A program made the position numbers and the translations under genes. Source: Thermoplasmata archaeon (GTDB taxonomy: Archaea; Thermoplasmatota; Thermoplasmata; Thermoplasmatales; GCA-001856825). From it: a stretch of 64,000 bases of DNA. A model generated the notes under the pieces. The model had not been told where the DNA came from. It ran no database searches and saw only the letters and a list, made by a program, of their open reading frames with translations. Below, one piece after another: positions 51,378 to 60,138 of this stretch (position 1 is the first letter of the stretch; each line of letters begins with the position of its first letter). The stretch covers positions 32,001 to 96,000 of the forward strand of contig JAJYUZ010000001.1 of NCBI GenBank assembly GCA_021792255.1, written 5' to 3'.

Positions 51378-52445
51378 TTAACCCCTAATGACTCGAGCAG
51401 TGCTTCTCTTCACTTTCCGATGGCTCAATCCCGTAGCCTCAGGGGACAACGGAGCATTCCTTTTATTGCTGTAGTTCCAGAAAATCCCCCCTTCACCGAG
51501 CAGTGCAATTTCTCTTCTTGAGGGAATCTTTCCTGCCATTAGTCTCGTGAAAATTACGTCGATTGAGTTGAAATCGCTGTAGCGAATTCCGCCTGCCGAA
51601 ATTCCAAACAGAGGCATCCCCTTCCACATGGAAACAATGGTCATCGTAGTCGGCTTCATCGGAATTCCATATGCAATAATTTTAGCGCCCAGATCACGGA
51701 TGGTAATGGGTGTCTTATCAGTAGGATCCACGGACATTCCTCCGGTAATTATTATAGCATCGACTCCCGCTATCCTAGCGCTTTGGATGGCTCTAGTCTC
51801 AAGCTCTTGATTGTCTGGAACTATCTCCTTGTAAGCGATTTTCCAGCCGTATCTTTCGCACTTCTTTTTCATTATACTAAAGTACTGGTCTTTCTTTCTC
51901 TCTTCGTAGATCTCTGTACCGGTGATAATAAGAGCTATTTTAGAGTACTTGAACGGCAACACTCTTACCATTCCTCTCTTAACCAATTTGACGATATTCT
52001 CCATACGCTCCTTCTCGATTCCGAGAGGGATTACGTCAATCGCGGCAATGATCTCTTCCTTTCCCACAGCATGGTCTTGACCCTTCGTTATCAGGAGAAC
52101 TTCCTGATTGAGATTGAATTTGATCAGTTCTTTGTGATCGATTTGAATGAGTCCAGGTTCCTTGGAAACGAGAAATGCAATACCGTGTTTTCCTCCAACA
52201 ACTTCAGTGCTTTCATCAGAAATTCTCTTCGCGATCTCCAATGATATTTCCCACTCGTAGATCAGGCCAGCTTTGTTGTCTTCAGTCCAGACCTGGTATA
52301 CTCCAGAATTCTTCAAGCGCTCCACGTCAGATTTGGTGATCCTATGCCCACGCCCAAGGAGTGTGGAAGACTCTTTACTGGTAACTAGCGTAGTGTCATA
52401 AGCCAGAATCTTGCCAACGGCCCTTTCTGTTGGAGTTTTCTTCAC
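51378..52445 (-). CDS. MoeA-like molybdopterin-binding protein
   Basis: AVGKILAYDTT, IITGTEIY, ITGGMSVDPTDKTP, YGIPMKP, GEGG. Confidence 0.83.
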   Translation of the reverse strand: MKKTPTERAVGKILAYDTTLVTSKESSTLLGRGHRITKSDVERLKNSGVYQVWTEDNKAGLIYEWEISLEIAKRISDESTEVVGGKHGIAFLVSKEPGLIQIDHKELIKFNLNQEVLLITKGQDHAVGKEEIIAAIDVIPLGIEKERMENIVKLVKRGMVRVLPFKYSKIALIITGTEIYEERKKDQYFSIMKKKCERYGWKIAYKEIVPDNQELETRAIQSARIAGVDAIIITGGMSVDPTDKTPITIRDLGAKIIAYGIPMKPTTMTIVSMWKGMPLFGISAGGIRYSDFNSIDVIFTRLMAGKIPSRREIALLGEGGIFWNYSNKRNAPLSPEATGLSHRKVKRSTARVIRG

Positions 52446-52581
52446 AGTTCTTAATCTTCAATTCCATTATAATTATTGACTTATTTTCTAGACTACAAGA
52501 ATCGGAGCTAATTAGTCCATTAGTATGTTCAATTTAACTGAACTAAGTTTTATTAAGTAGACCTTTATTAATTCAATTGAA

Positions 52582-53700
52582 ATGAAAAAGGATTCAGTTG
52601 TAGTTTCTATTTCAACCGAGAATGGAGCGTATTTTGTTAAATCTGACACGAGCAGGAAGAAGTGGTCAAGGAGCAAGTGTTTCCTTTCCGGAGAGAGCGT
52701 TAACAACGTTGCAATTGATGGAGATGGAAGATTTTACGCCTCAACCCTAACAGAGGGCGTGTTCTCATCAAGCGACAGAGGAGAAACTTGGAAACCTTCA
52801 AACAAGGGACTGCACGTAAGAAAAGTATGGACAGTCGAAGTGGACAAACATCAGGAAGGACTCCTGTACGCCGGGACACAATACGGTCATCTCTTCAGAT
52901 CCACCAACTCAGGAAAGTTGTGGGAGGAGGTAACTGGACTTTATACGGCGCCCCATAGAGAGAACTGGGGGATAGACTGGGGATTTGGTACCACGGGGCT
53001 AACAATCCATTCGATCAAAACCGATCCATATGAGAAGGGGAAACTGTACATAGTCGCTGCAGGGAACGGGACTTACAGAAGTGATGATGCAGGGAATACC
53101 TGGAAGTCACTGAAAGGTGGTATTACCGAATCGTGCCCGATTTTAGGAGGTGAACCACATCCTTCTATTCCAAGCGTCGAGGACAAGGAAAAGATCTCAG
53201 AGCATCTCAACTCGGTGCATTCGTGTACGCACAAGATAGCCCTCTCTTCTTCTAAACCCGGTACAATATATCAGCAGAACCACTGTGGTGTCTATGCTTC
53301 AACGGATTCAGGAAACAAGTGGAAGGACATAAGCAAATCAAAAGAAGACAGACACGGATTTCCTATCATGGTATTAGACGGGAAGAAGGAATCTGTCTTC
53401 GTGATCCCTGCCTATCAAGGTAAGTGCAAGAAGCACAATTCGTGCATTGAGGGACAGATCACTGTCAACAGAACGGAGGACGGGGGTAAGAAGTGGAAAA
53501 AGCTGAGTAACGGCCTACCCAAGGGAATGCATACGGTAGTGCTCCGAGATGGAATGGCTCAGGACTCTCTAGAGGAACCCGGGGTCTATTTCGGAACTTC
53601 AACTGGAGAACTATTTGGTTCCATTGACTTGGGTGAATCATGGAACAAACTTGCAAGCGGACTAGGCAGAATTCAGGGCGTCTCTGCCTTCAATATCTAG
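52582..53700 (+). CDS. BNR/Asp-box beta-propeller protein
   Basis: Asp-box repeats (SSDRGETW, STNSGKLW, SDDAGNTW, STDSGNKW, TEDGGKKW, SIDLGESW); YQQNHCGVY motif; no signal peptide. Confidence 0.87.
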   Translation: MKKDSVVVSISTENGAYFVKSDTSRKKWSRSKCFLSGESVNNVAIDGDGRFYASTLTEGVFSSSDRGETWKPSNKGLHVRKVWTVEVDKHQEGLLYAGTQYGHLFRSTNSGKLWEEVTGLYTAPHRENWGIDWGFGTTGLTIHSIKTDPYEKGKLYIVAAGNGTYRSDDAGNTWKSLKGGITESCPILGGEPHPSIPSVEDKEKISEHLNSVHSCTHKIALSSSKPGTIYQQNHCGVYASTDSGNKWKDISKSKEDRHGFPIMVLDGKKESVFVIPAYQGKCKKHNSCIEGQITVNRTEDGGKKWKKLSNGLPKGMHTVVLRDGMAQDSLEEPGVYFGTSTGELFGSIDLGESWNKLASGLGRIQGVSAFNI

Positions 53701-53739
53701 CAAAATCCATTTCATTTCAGATTCGATTATTGCGAAAAA

Positions 53740-53812
53740 TGGGCCCGACCGGATTCGAACCGGTGGTCTCCTCCGTGTCAGGGAGACGTCATAGCCGCTA
53801 GACCACGAGCCC
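53740..53812 (-). tRNA. tRNA-Val(GAC)
   Basis: GGGCTCGTGGTCTAG...TCTCCCT-GAC-ACGGAGG...GGTTCGAATCC..CGGGCCCA; no encoded CCA. Confidence 0.96.
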
Positions 53813-53852
53813 TAACTCGTCAGTATTGCGTCAATAATAATTTTTTCTTTTA

Positions 53853-54623
53853 TTATTCGGCGGTTGCCAATATCATGCCGAAGTATTCCTGAAGATAATA
53901 ATAATGAAACTTAGGTACAAGATTTCCTTGATCTGCAAACCCGTGAAACATCAACAAATTCCAGTAACTATCGGGTTTTGCAGAAGCAATATGGTCTTCG
54001 CTCAGATGAGCAATATCATCAAATCTATTAGTCCTGATGGCTTTTATCACTGTCTTGTCGTACCTCTTCGCTTCAGTATTAAATCCATAAGGACCGGTTT
54101 TTGAGTGCGTATGAGCCTGATCTGCACTGAAAACTACAGAGACTTTTTCGTCAAGTCCTGAAACAATATCGAACAGCCTTCTTCCAAGTTCTATAAGCTG
54201 GTTCCTCTTAGTAGTCCTCCATTGTCCTAACATTGAAACCTTCTTTGTGCAAAAAAATGTGAGAGGTATAAGTGCGCCAAAATCAACTGGGAACGTTGAT
54301 AACTCTCCCTCTGCAGTAACAAAATTGGTCTCGACAAAATATTTTGATGATTTTATCAGAAGAGAATTTAGTTCTCTGTCTGTCACATATTCGCCTTTTA
54401 GTGTAATTTTTCCGATCCTGTATCTCCCTGAAAGATATTGTGTATTTATCACCGGTAGGCCGGAAGGGATTCTCAATGAGTGCGGACTTATGATGAGTAC
54501 GGAATCCGCCGAATCACCCCTCGTAGCTTTTATAATTGCTTCGTTCATTAATCTGCTTTCCTTGTTTGGCAGAGAAAGGATCTCGTCACCGTGAGGAATT
54601 AAATATGTCCCTACAAGTGTCAC
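53853..54623 (-). CDS. LigB/Memo-fold (extradiol dioxygenase-like) protein
   Basis: IPHG, IISPH, DFGALIPL, SADQAHTH...PYG, C-terminal YFGM. Confidence 0.78.
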   Translation of the reverse strand: MTLVGTYLIPHGDEILSLPNKESRLMNEAIIKATRGDSADSVLIISPHSLRIPSGLPVINTQYLSGRYRIGKITLKGEYVTDRELNSLLIKSSKYFVETNFVTAEGELSTFPVDFGALIPLTFFCTKKVSMLGQWRTTKRNQLIELGRRLFDIVSGLDEKVSVVFSADQAHTHSKTGPYGFNTEAKRYDKTVIKAIRTNRFDDIAHLSEDHIASAKPDSYWNLLMFHGFADQGNLVPKFHYYYLQEYFGMILATAE

Positions 54624-55853
54624 CTATTTCACGTATTCAGTTATCTTTCTTTGGCGTTTAATTATTTGGTAAGTTTTACTGTTTGCCCGGAGATCTACCT
54701 TTCTTCTAATCTTGATGATGTCAAAAAATTGATCGATACTGTCTAGGTAATTTTCTGCACGTAGCGCAATCTTGACGTTCTCTCTGACCTGCCAGACTCC
54801 AAGGGGGATTGTGTAATCTCCATCCACGAATCTGAATACGAGGATATTGCCTTTTTTCTCCTTCTTTTTCAGATAATCCAGTATTGGCAGCTTGGCTGCA
54901 AAGAAAGCTCCGGCAATCCTTGGATTAACTACCATTCTTCCAGGTTTCTCATAGTCGCCTTCAGCACTAGACTCTCTAGGGCCTGCCCATATGGATCCGT
55001 TATTCCAGAGTTCTATCATCTCGAACGAATAATCGCCAGGCACGATCAGGATATAGTATTCGTTTCCTATTCTTTTGAAGTGAAAGTACACATTTCCCTC
55101 GACTTCTGCGCAATTCCGAACAAATGGGATAAGCTGATCAGAAAGGGTTTTGTCGACAGCAGTTATAGACCATCTAGTCGGAACTATTTTCCTGTTTTTC
55201 GTCTTTCCAAGCATCCCGGCAGAGAATACCTTTTCGATCGCGTAAATGGAAGTCTCGGAATATAGAAGCTTCAATGCATCTACGGTCTTAAGATCGGTAT
55301 CGTAGTAGACTTTCTCCAAATTGGGATGCGAAGGAGAACTTTCGTGATAGAAATTCTTGGCGTACCCTCCTGGACCAAAGGGCTGCGATTCTGCCGAGAA
55401 ATCGATCTTTCTCTCGGTCGAAGAATATTCTATTTCACTGAACACAGGTCTTGACGACAGTATCAAGTCGTGCAACTCTAGAAGATAGTTGTTGGGGTCA
55501 GAAGGTGAAGAAATCGGCAGAATTTTATAACCTCTGTATAGAGAAAAACGCAACTTTGCTATTTGATCCAGCGTCAGTCTGCCCCACTGGTCAGGTCGTT
55601 CATAGATTGAAGTATCTCCCCTCCTGACAGGGAGAGCCGGTCCAATCCTAACTTTTGGATATCCAAACTGTCCAACAAAGATTGAAGGCGGGCTGTCTCC
55701 CGAGACGTCATTGACTTCTAGCGAGATCCCTTGGGTGAGATATGCCTTTGCGACGATAGGACAAGCAGATTTTCCACAGAGAAGTTTTGAACCTTTGCAT
55801 CTGATGCAGAGACTTACTGGAATGTTCTTTAATTCGTCGTCTAAGTGTATCAT
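54624..55853 (-). CDS. nreA: Nre-family PCNA-interacting DNA repair protein
   Basis: CIRCKG..LCG..CP, SPPSIFVG..GYPKV, VPTRWSITAVD, PLGVWQVRE, C-terminal PIP QRKITEY. Start placed at ATG 55853. Confidence 0.9.
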   Translation of the reverse strand: MIHLDDELKNIPVSLCIRCKGSKLLCGKSACPIVAKAYLTQGISLEVNDVSGDSPPSIFVGQFGYPKVRIGPALPVRRGDTSIYERPDQWGRLTLDQIAKLRFSLYRGYKILPISSPSDPNNYLLELHDLILSSRPVFSEIEYSSTERKIDFSAESQPFGPGGYAKNFYHESSPSHPNLEKVYYDTDLKTVDALKLLYSETSIYAIEKVFSAGMLGKTKNRKIVPTRWSITAVDKTLSDQLIPFVRNCAEVEGNVYFHFKRIGNEYYILIVPGDYSFEMIELWNNGSIWAGPRESSAEGDYEKPGRMVVNPRIAGAFFAAKLPILDYLKKKEKKGNILVFRFVDGDYTIPLGVWQVRENVKIALRAENYLDSIDQFFDIIKIRRKVDLRANSKTYQIIKRQRKITEYVK

Positions 55854-56023
55854 TCTGGAGGCAGTAAATTGGGTATCCCTTCTTCGATGGGATACTTTGT
55901 ATTGCACTTCACACACTCCAGTACTCCTTCCAGAATCTCGTCTCCTTGAACTTTGTCGATCTTTAGTGTCAGGTCTTCCTTGCAGACAGGACAGCATATT
56001 ATGTCAAGAAGTTCCTTCTTCAC
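55850..56023 (-). CDS. trm112: Methyltransferase activator Trm112, 57 aa (not in ORF track)
   Basis: MKKELLDIICCPVCKEDL...EILEGVLECVKCNTKYPIEEGIPNLLPPE*; ATGA overlap with nreA. Confidence 0.93.
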   Translation of the reverse strand: MKKELLDIICCPVCKEDLTLKIDKVQGDEILEGVLECVKCNTKYPIEEGIPNLLPPE

Positions 56024-56079
56024 ATCTGCTAAACGAGTCTATCGATTAATAGGTTGTGCAGATTTCGCAACTAGCAAAA

Positions 56080-56730
56080 TCACTTTCTGCCAAAAACTAT
56101 CGAGGCAGAAGGTGACACGAATCTTCTGATTTTGACTTCTTTAAAACCTGCCTTTCTCATCTCTTCCGCGACGACTTCTGGAGACTTGAAATTCTTGACT
56201 GTCATTGCGAGGTAATTATAGGAACCCGAGGATGAAACAAGTTTTGCAATCCTTGGCAGCAATTTGTAGAAGTAAAGCGAGAAAAATTCCGATAGACCTT
56301 TCCTCTTTTCTGGGAACGCATCCAAATTGGCCATAATGCCACCTTCTTTTAGAGTTCTAATCCCCTCTCGAAAGTAATCCTCCGTTGACGGGAGGTTTCT
56401 GAGCACGAAAGAAGAGACAATTGCGTCGAAAACATTCTCCTTTATGGGCATTTTGGTTGCCGAAGCAAGAAGTAACTTTCCTTTGTTCCTGTTCAGAGCA
56501 ATCATCTCTCTCGTTATATCGATACCGACAAAGTCTCCCGTTGGGCCAGCTAGACTCTCCAGCTTACCAGTTCCAGTTCCTACATCAAGGACTCTCCCCG
56601 ATTTAGGTATTATCTTCAGAAGAGACAATCGCCAGAATATGTCCATTCCTAGTGACATGTAGGTATTCATCTTATCATAAATAGAAGGTATTTCCTTGAA
56701 TACCGCTTTCACTTTTTCTACGTCTGGCAT
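56080..56730 (-). CDS. menG: Demethylmenaquinone methyltransferase (MenG/UbiE family)
   Basis: F..IPSIYDKMNTYMSLG.D..WR, LDVGTGTG, SFVLRN, YNYLA.TV..F. Confidence 0.83.
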   Translation of the reverse strand: MPDVEKVKAVFKEIPSIYDKMNTYMSLGMDIFWRLSLLKIIPKSGRVLDVGTGTGKLESLAGPTGDFVGIDITREMIALNRNKGKLLLASATKMPIKENVFDAIVSSFVLRNLPSTEDYFREGIRTLKEGGIMANLDAFPEKRKGLSEFFSLYFYKLLPRIAKLVSSSGSYNYLAMTVKNFKSPEVVAEEMRKAGFKEVKIRRFVSPSASIVFGRK

Positions 56731-56771
56731 CCACTCATGAAAGTATTTATTCTATTATACCTTGTTGAGAA

Positions 56772-57428
56772 GTGAGCGGGCCAGTTATCAGTCTAGGCGG
56801 TTCCATATTTTCTAAAACTGATGAAAAGTACCTCTTGGAATTCATAGAAAGGATCAGAGAAGAAGAGGGGTATGCAATCGTTGTTGGCGGAGGACCAATT
56901 GCTAGAGACCAAATTTCAAAACTGAGAGCTATTGGCGCGAAGGAGTACTACTTGGACATGATGGGTATTCAGGCAACCAGACTCAACGCTACAATGGTCT
57001 CTTTGGCTCTCGGAAATCTGATGGATGTTCCAAAATCCATCGACGAGGCCGTCCGGCAAATGAAACTATATAAAAGGGTAATCATGGGTGGGACCGAGCC
57101 AGGGCACACAACAGATGCTGTTTCTCTTCTGCTAGCAGAAGCTCTCAGTCGGGAGACAGTGGTCAACGTAACGAACGTAGATTACCTGTACGACAAAGAT
57201 CCAAAGTTGAAAGATGCAAAGAAGATCGAAAAAATATCCTACTCCTCAGCTGTTGAAATGATAACTTCTGAAAAAAGAGGAGCAGGACAGAATTTTCCAC
57301 TGGACATACTTTCCCTAAACATAGCAAGAAGGAGCAACATTAAGATCAAGATTGTATCCTTCAGAGATTCATTAAATGTATTCAATGCCATAACTGGGAA
57401 GAAATTTAGAGGAACAACAGTCAGCTGA
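56772..57428 (+). CDS. pyrH: Archaeal UMP kinase
   Basis: ISLGGS, VVGGG..AR, D.MGI.ATRLNA, MGGTEPGHTTDAV, TNVD.LYDKDP. Confidence 0.93.
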   Translation: MSGPVISLGGSIFSKTDEKYLLEFIERIREEEGYAIVVGGGPIARDQISKLRAIGAKEYYLDMMGIQATRLNATMVSLALGNLMDVPKSIDEAVRQMKLYKRVIMGGTEPGHTTDAVSLLLAEALSRETVVNVTNVDYLYDKDPKLKDAKKIEKISYSSAVEMITSEKRGAGQNFPLDILSLNIARRSNIKIKIVSFRDSLNVFNAITGKKFRGTTVS

Positions 57429-57469
57429 CGACCCACTCAGGAATTTCTTATCAGGTGCTTATTGCACTA

Positions 57470-58312
57470 TTAAAGCACTGAAAGAATTATCAAAACCGTG
57501 AAAAGAAAGTGTATTGCTACAGAATAGTTCGTTTGTCTTGAAATTTTTAGAGGGGACTTGGGAAGAAAGACAATATGAATCAGGGACGCAATGAATACGA
57601 TGGTTGCCGCCACCACGAGACCCCTGAAGATCGAAATCATAATGGCAGCGGTCAGGAGCATTATCGGATATACCGTTCTAAAGTATCTTACCCTTATTCC
57701 GTTCTCTCTATCTTCAGGAAGATGGTGAAGATATCTTATCGACGAAGCGAGCAGACCAAGACTGAGCGAGACCAGAATGGTCTCCAGAGTTATCTGTTGA
57801 TCTAGTGCTATTATTGTTCCTAGGACAGGAAAAGGACCGAACGAAAAAAAAGTCGCAAGCTCTCCTATTCCCCTAGCGCCCAACCTGATTGGCGGCACTA
57901 CGTACAACAATGAGAGAAAAACCGCAGTGAGCCCCAGATAAAGAAGGAGGAGACTCTTAGTCAAATACACCACAGTCAGTCCGACTGAGACTGCAAGGAT
58001 GATCATTGTCGCGAATGAATACCTGAGGACTACGGGCCTGACTTTCAGTTTTTCGATGAAGTAAGAGCCTAGGGGGAATAAGGTATCGTCGTTTCTCAAT
58101 GCTCTGCTGCTGGCGTGGTCATAATAGTCCATAGCCAGATTCATTCCGGCTTGCATGGATATCGTGACGACTAATAGAAGAGGTACAAGGTAGGAAATCT
58201 CGAAATGCACAAATCCCCATCCGATCAGGACTGGGCTAATGCTCGTAAAGTAGATTGGTGCCTTTAGCCCCTTAATAAAGTCCCACGCCTTCATTTCTCC
58301 CTGTGATTCCAT
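57470..58312 (-). CDS. menA: UbiA-family prenyltransferase, MenA type
   Basis: QAGMNLAMDYYD, Y..PP.RL..RGIGE, HHLPED; multi-TM; close to menG. Confidence 0.75.
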   Translation of the reverse strand: MESQGEMKAWDFIKGLKAPIYFTSISPVLIGWGFVHFEISYLVPLLLVVTISMQAGMNLAMDYYDHASSRALRNDDTLFPLGSYFIEKLKVRPVVLRYSFATMIILAVSVGLTVVYLTKSLLLLYLGLTAVFLSLLYVVPPIRLGARGIGELATFFSFGPFPVLGTIIALDQQITLETILVSLSLGLLASSIRYLHHLPEDRENGIRVRYFRTVYPIMLLTAAIMISIFRGLVVAATIVFIASLIHIVFLPKSPLKISRQTNYSVAIHFLFTVLIILSVL

Positions 58313-58366
58313 AGTAACATAATTATATTATCCGAGTCGCACTCAAAAAAAGACATGCACCGTGAT

Positions 58367-60049
58367 TCATTTTCTCGATGAATGGAGATACCTGTAAATC
58401 ATGAATATCAGTTTCTTTTCCGGTGTCGTTGGAGTGCCCCACATTATCTGTTTCTTCAAGACCGTATACTTGTCTGCACAGTTCCTTATCAGTGCTTCAC
58501 CTTTAGACATCATTCCGTAGTCTCCGACTCTCGACAATCTGACTGCAAGTCTGCTAGTTTCCAGTACGTGGTGCGATTTTTCGTACTCCTCATTTTCGAT
58601 GTATCCCAACTGTTCCTTCTCCTTGAGCAGCATATCTATAGCGTCGTAGGTCGTTTCTACTATGGTCCGTCGATCCATCCAGTCGGTCTCGTAATTGAGG
58701 TAATCCTCCCACGTCCTTCCACGATCGAGTCCATTGTAGTGATCTAGAAGTGTTTTGAATCTGAGTCTGTAACCCGTTGAAGGATTTTCGAATGACTTCG
58801 AACCAGGATCGAGAAACGGAGATAGTGGAGAAGTGAAGATGAACAGTCTCTTATCGTTTCCACTCGATTCCATCAGATGCTTTGCATATTTTACATCGTC
58901 CAGTGAGCTATCTCTAGTCTGTCCACTCAGTCCCACCATAAAGTATACGTCTAGTTTCTTCCCCCCCAAGTCCAAGAAGTCAAAAACAAATTTCTCCAAT
59001 TCCTTATTACCGTAAGGTCTCCCATTTTGAAGTCTGATGTCGTAATTCGAAGAGTCAGGAGAAATTTCCATCGAAACGTCTGGAGAAGCTCCAAACAGTT
59101 TCTTCATGCGTTCTCTTGGGTGAGGAATGAACACTTCCATCAGCAATGGCACGTCCATTCCTTCCTTTTTTAGGTTGTTGAAGATATAATCTATTTCCTT
59201 TTCCGATCGCATCAACAGATCTCCAGCCACGAATACTGGGATTTTAAGCTCGTTATTTATCCTCATTATGTCTTCAACTATTCGCTTGGATGACCTATAA
59301 ATTGGCCCAGCTCTATGGTAGAAGTTTTTGAACGCGTAGTATGACCCACCACATATTCCACAACTGTAGGCGCAACCGTGGGTCGAAAGAACCATTGCAA
59401 CAGGTTCTTTCAGCCAGTCGCAGTAAGGTAAGTGTCCAGAGATGTCCATCGTTTTAATGGAACTCTTTATAATTTCTGAATAATCGAACTCCTGGTAGTC
59501 CATGTCTGGGGTAAAGGTGAATCCATTGTCTTTGGTCTTCCCATCTGTCTTGTATATAGCATTGGGGATTTCCTCCATGTCCTTACCAGCTAAGACCATC
59601 TCCATTGGCTGTTCTGTCGTGTCTCCTCTAATCACGATATCTACATCTTTCGTTTTTGACATAATTTCGGTGGCATAATATGTGGCTGAGAAACCTCCCA
59701 GCATTACCTTTATGTCTGGTCTCTCTTCCTTTATTATACGTGCCAGGCTAAGTGCGCCGTGGACGTGGGGAAGCCAGTGAAGGTCTATCCCAATGTATTC
59801 CGTATCTAGTTTCAAGAGTTCTTCGTTGAAATTGTATCTCTTTGAACTCAGCATCTTTAGCGCGATATTGTCAATCCTCACTTTGTACCCTCTTGAATTT
59901 AGGTAGGAGAGGATCGCAAGAAAACCGATAGGATACATTTCGAATACGCCGGTGCTGGGCACAAGCTCAGAAATCGGACCTGCTACGATATCCCTCTTCC
60001 TGAAATCGTATATAGAAGGGGGATGCATCAGGACAAGGTCATATCTCAC
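58367..60049 (-). CDS. Cobalamin-binding-domain radical SAM protein (Ta0216/TIGR04190-like)
   Basis: HPPSIYDFR..GPIS..VPST.VFEMYPIG, GIDLHWLPH.HG, CAYSCGICGGS (CxxxCxxC), PFLDPGS, LNYET.W. Confidence 0.87.
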   Translation of the reverse strand: MRYDLVLMHPPSIYDFRKRDIVAGPISELVPSTGVFEMYPIGFLAILSYLNSRGYKVRIDNIALKMLSSKRYNFNEELLKLDTEYIGIDLHWLPHVHGALSLARIIKEERPDIKVMLGGFSATYYATEIMSKTKDVDIVIRGDTTEQPMEMVLAGKDMEEIPNAIYKTDGKTKDNGFTFTPDMDYQEFDYSEIIKSSIKTMDISGHLPYCDWLKEPVAMVLSTHGCAYSCGICGGSYYAFKNFYHRAGPIYRSSKRIVEDIMRINNELKIPVFVAGDLLMRSEKEIDYIFNNLKKEGMDVPLLMEVFIPHPRERMKKLFGASPDVSMEISPDSSNYDIRLQNGRPYGNKELEKFVFDFLDLGGKKLDVYFMVGLSGQTRDSSLDDVKYAKHLMESSGNDKRLFIFTSPLSPFLDPGSKSFENPSTGYRLRFKTLLDHYNGLDRGRTWEDYLNYETDWMDRRTIVETTYDAIDMLLKEKEQLGYIENEEYEKSHHVLETSRLAVRLSRVGDYGMMSKGEALIRNCADKYTVLKKQIMWGTPTTPEKKLIFMIYRYLHSSRK

Positions 60050-60138
60050 TGGAAGGTAATTATAACCACAAATTTAATGGATTTGGGAATAAACGAAAAA
60101 AAATTAATCTTCAAATTCTATTAACTTCTGGTGAAAGA

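Noticed and set aside
55854-55997. N-terminal extension of nreA given by the track
   Set aside because: This stretch encodes Trm112 in another frame.
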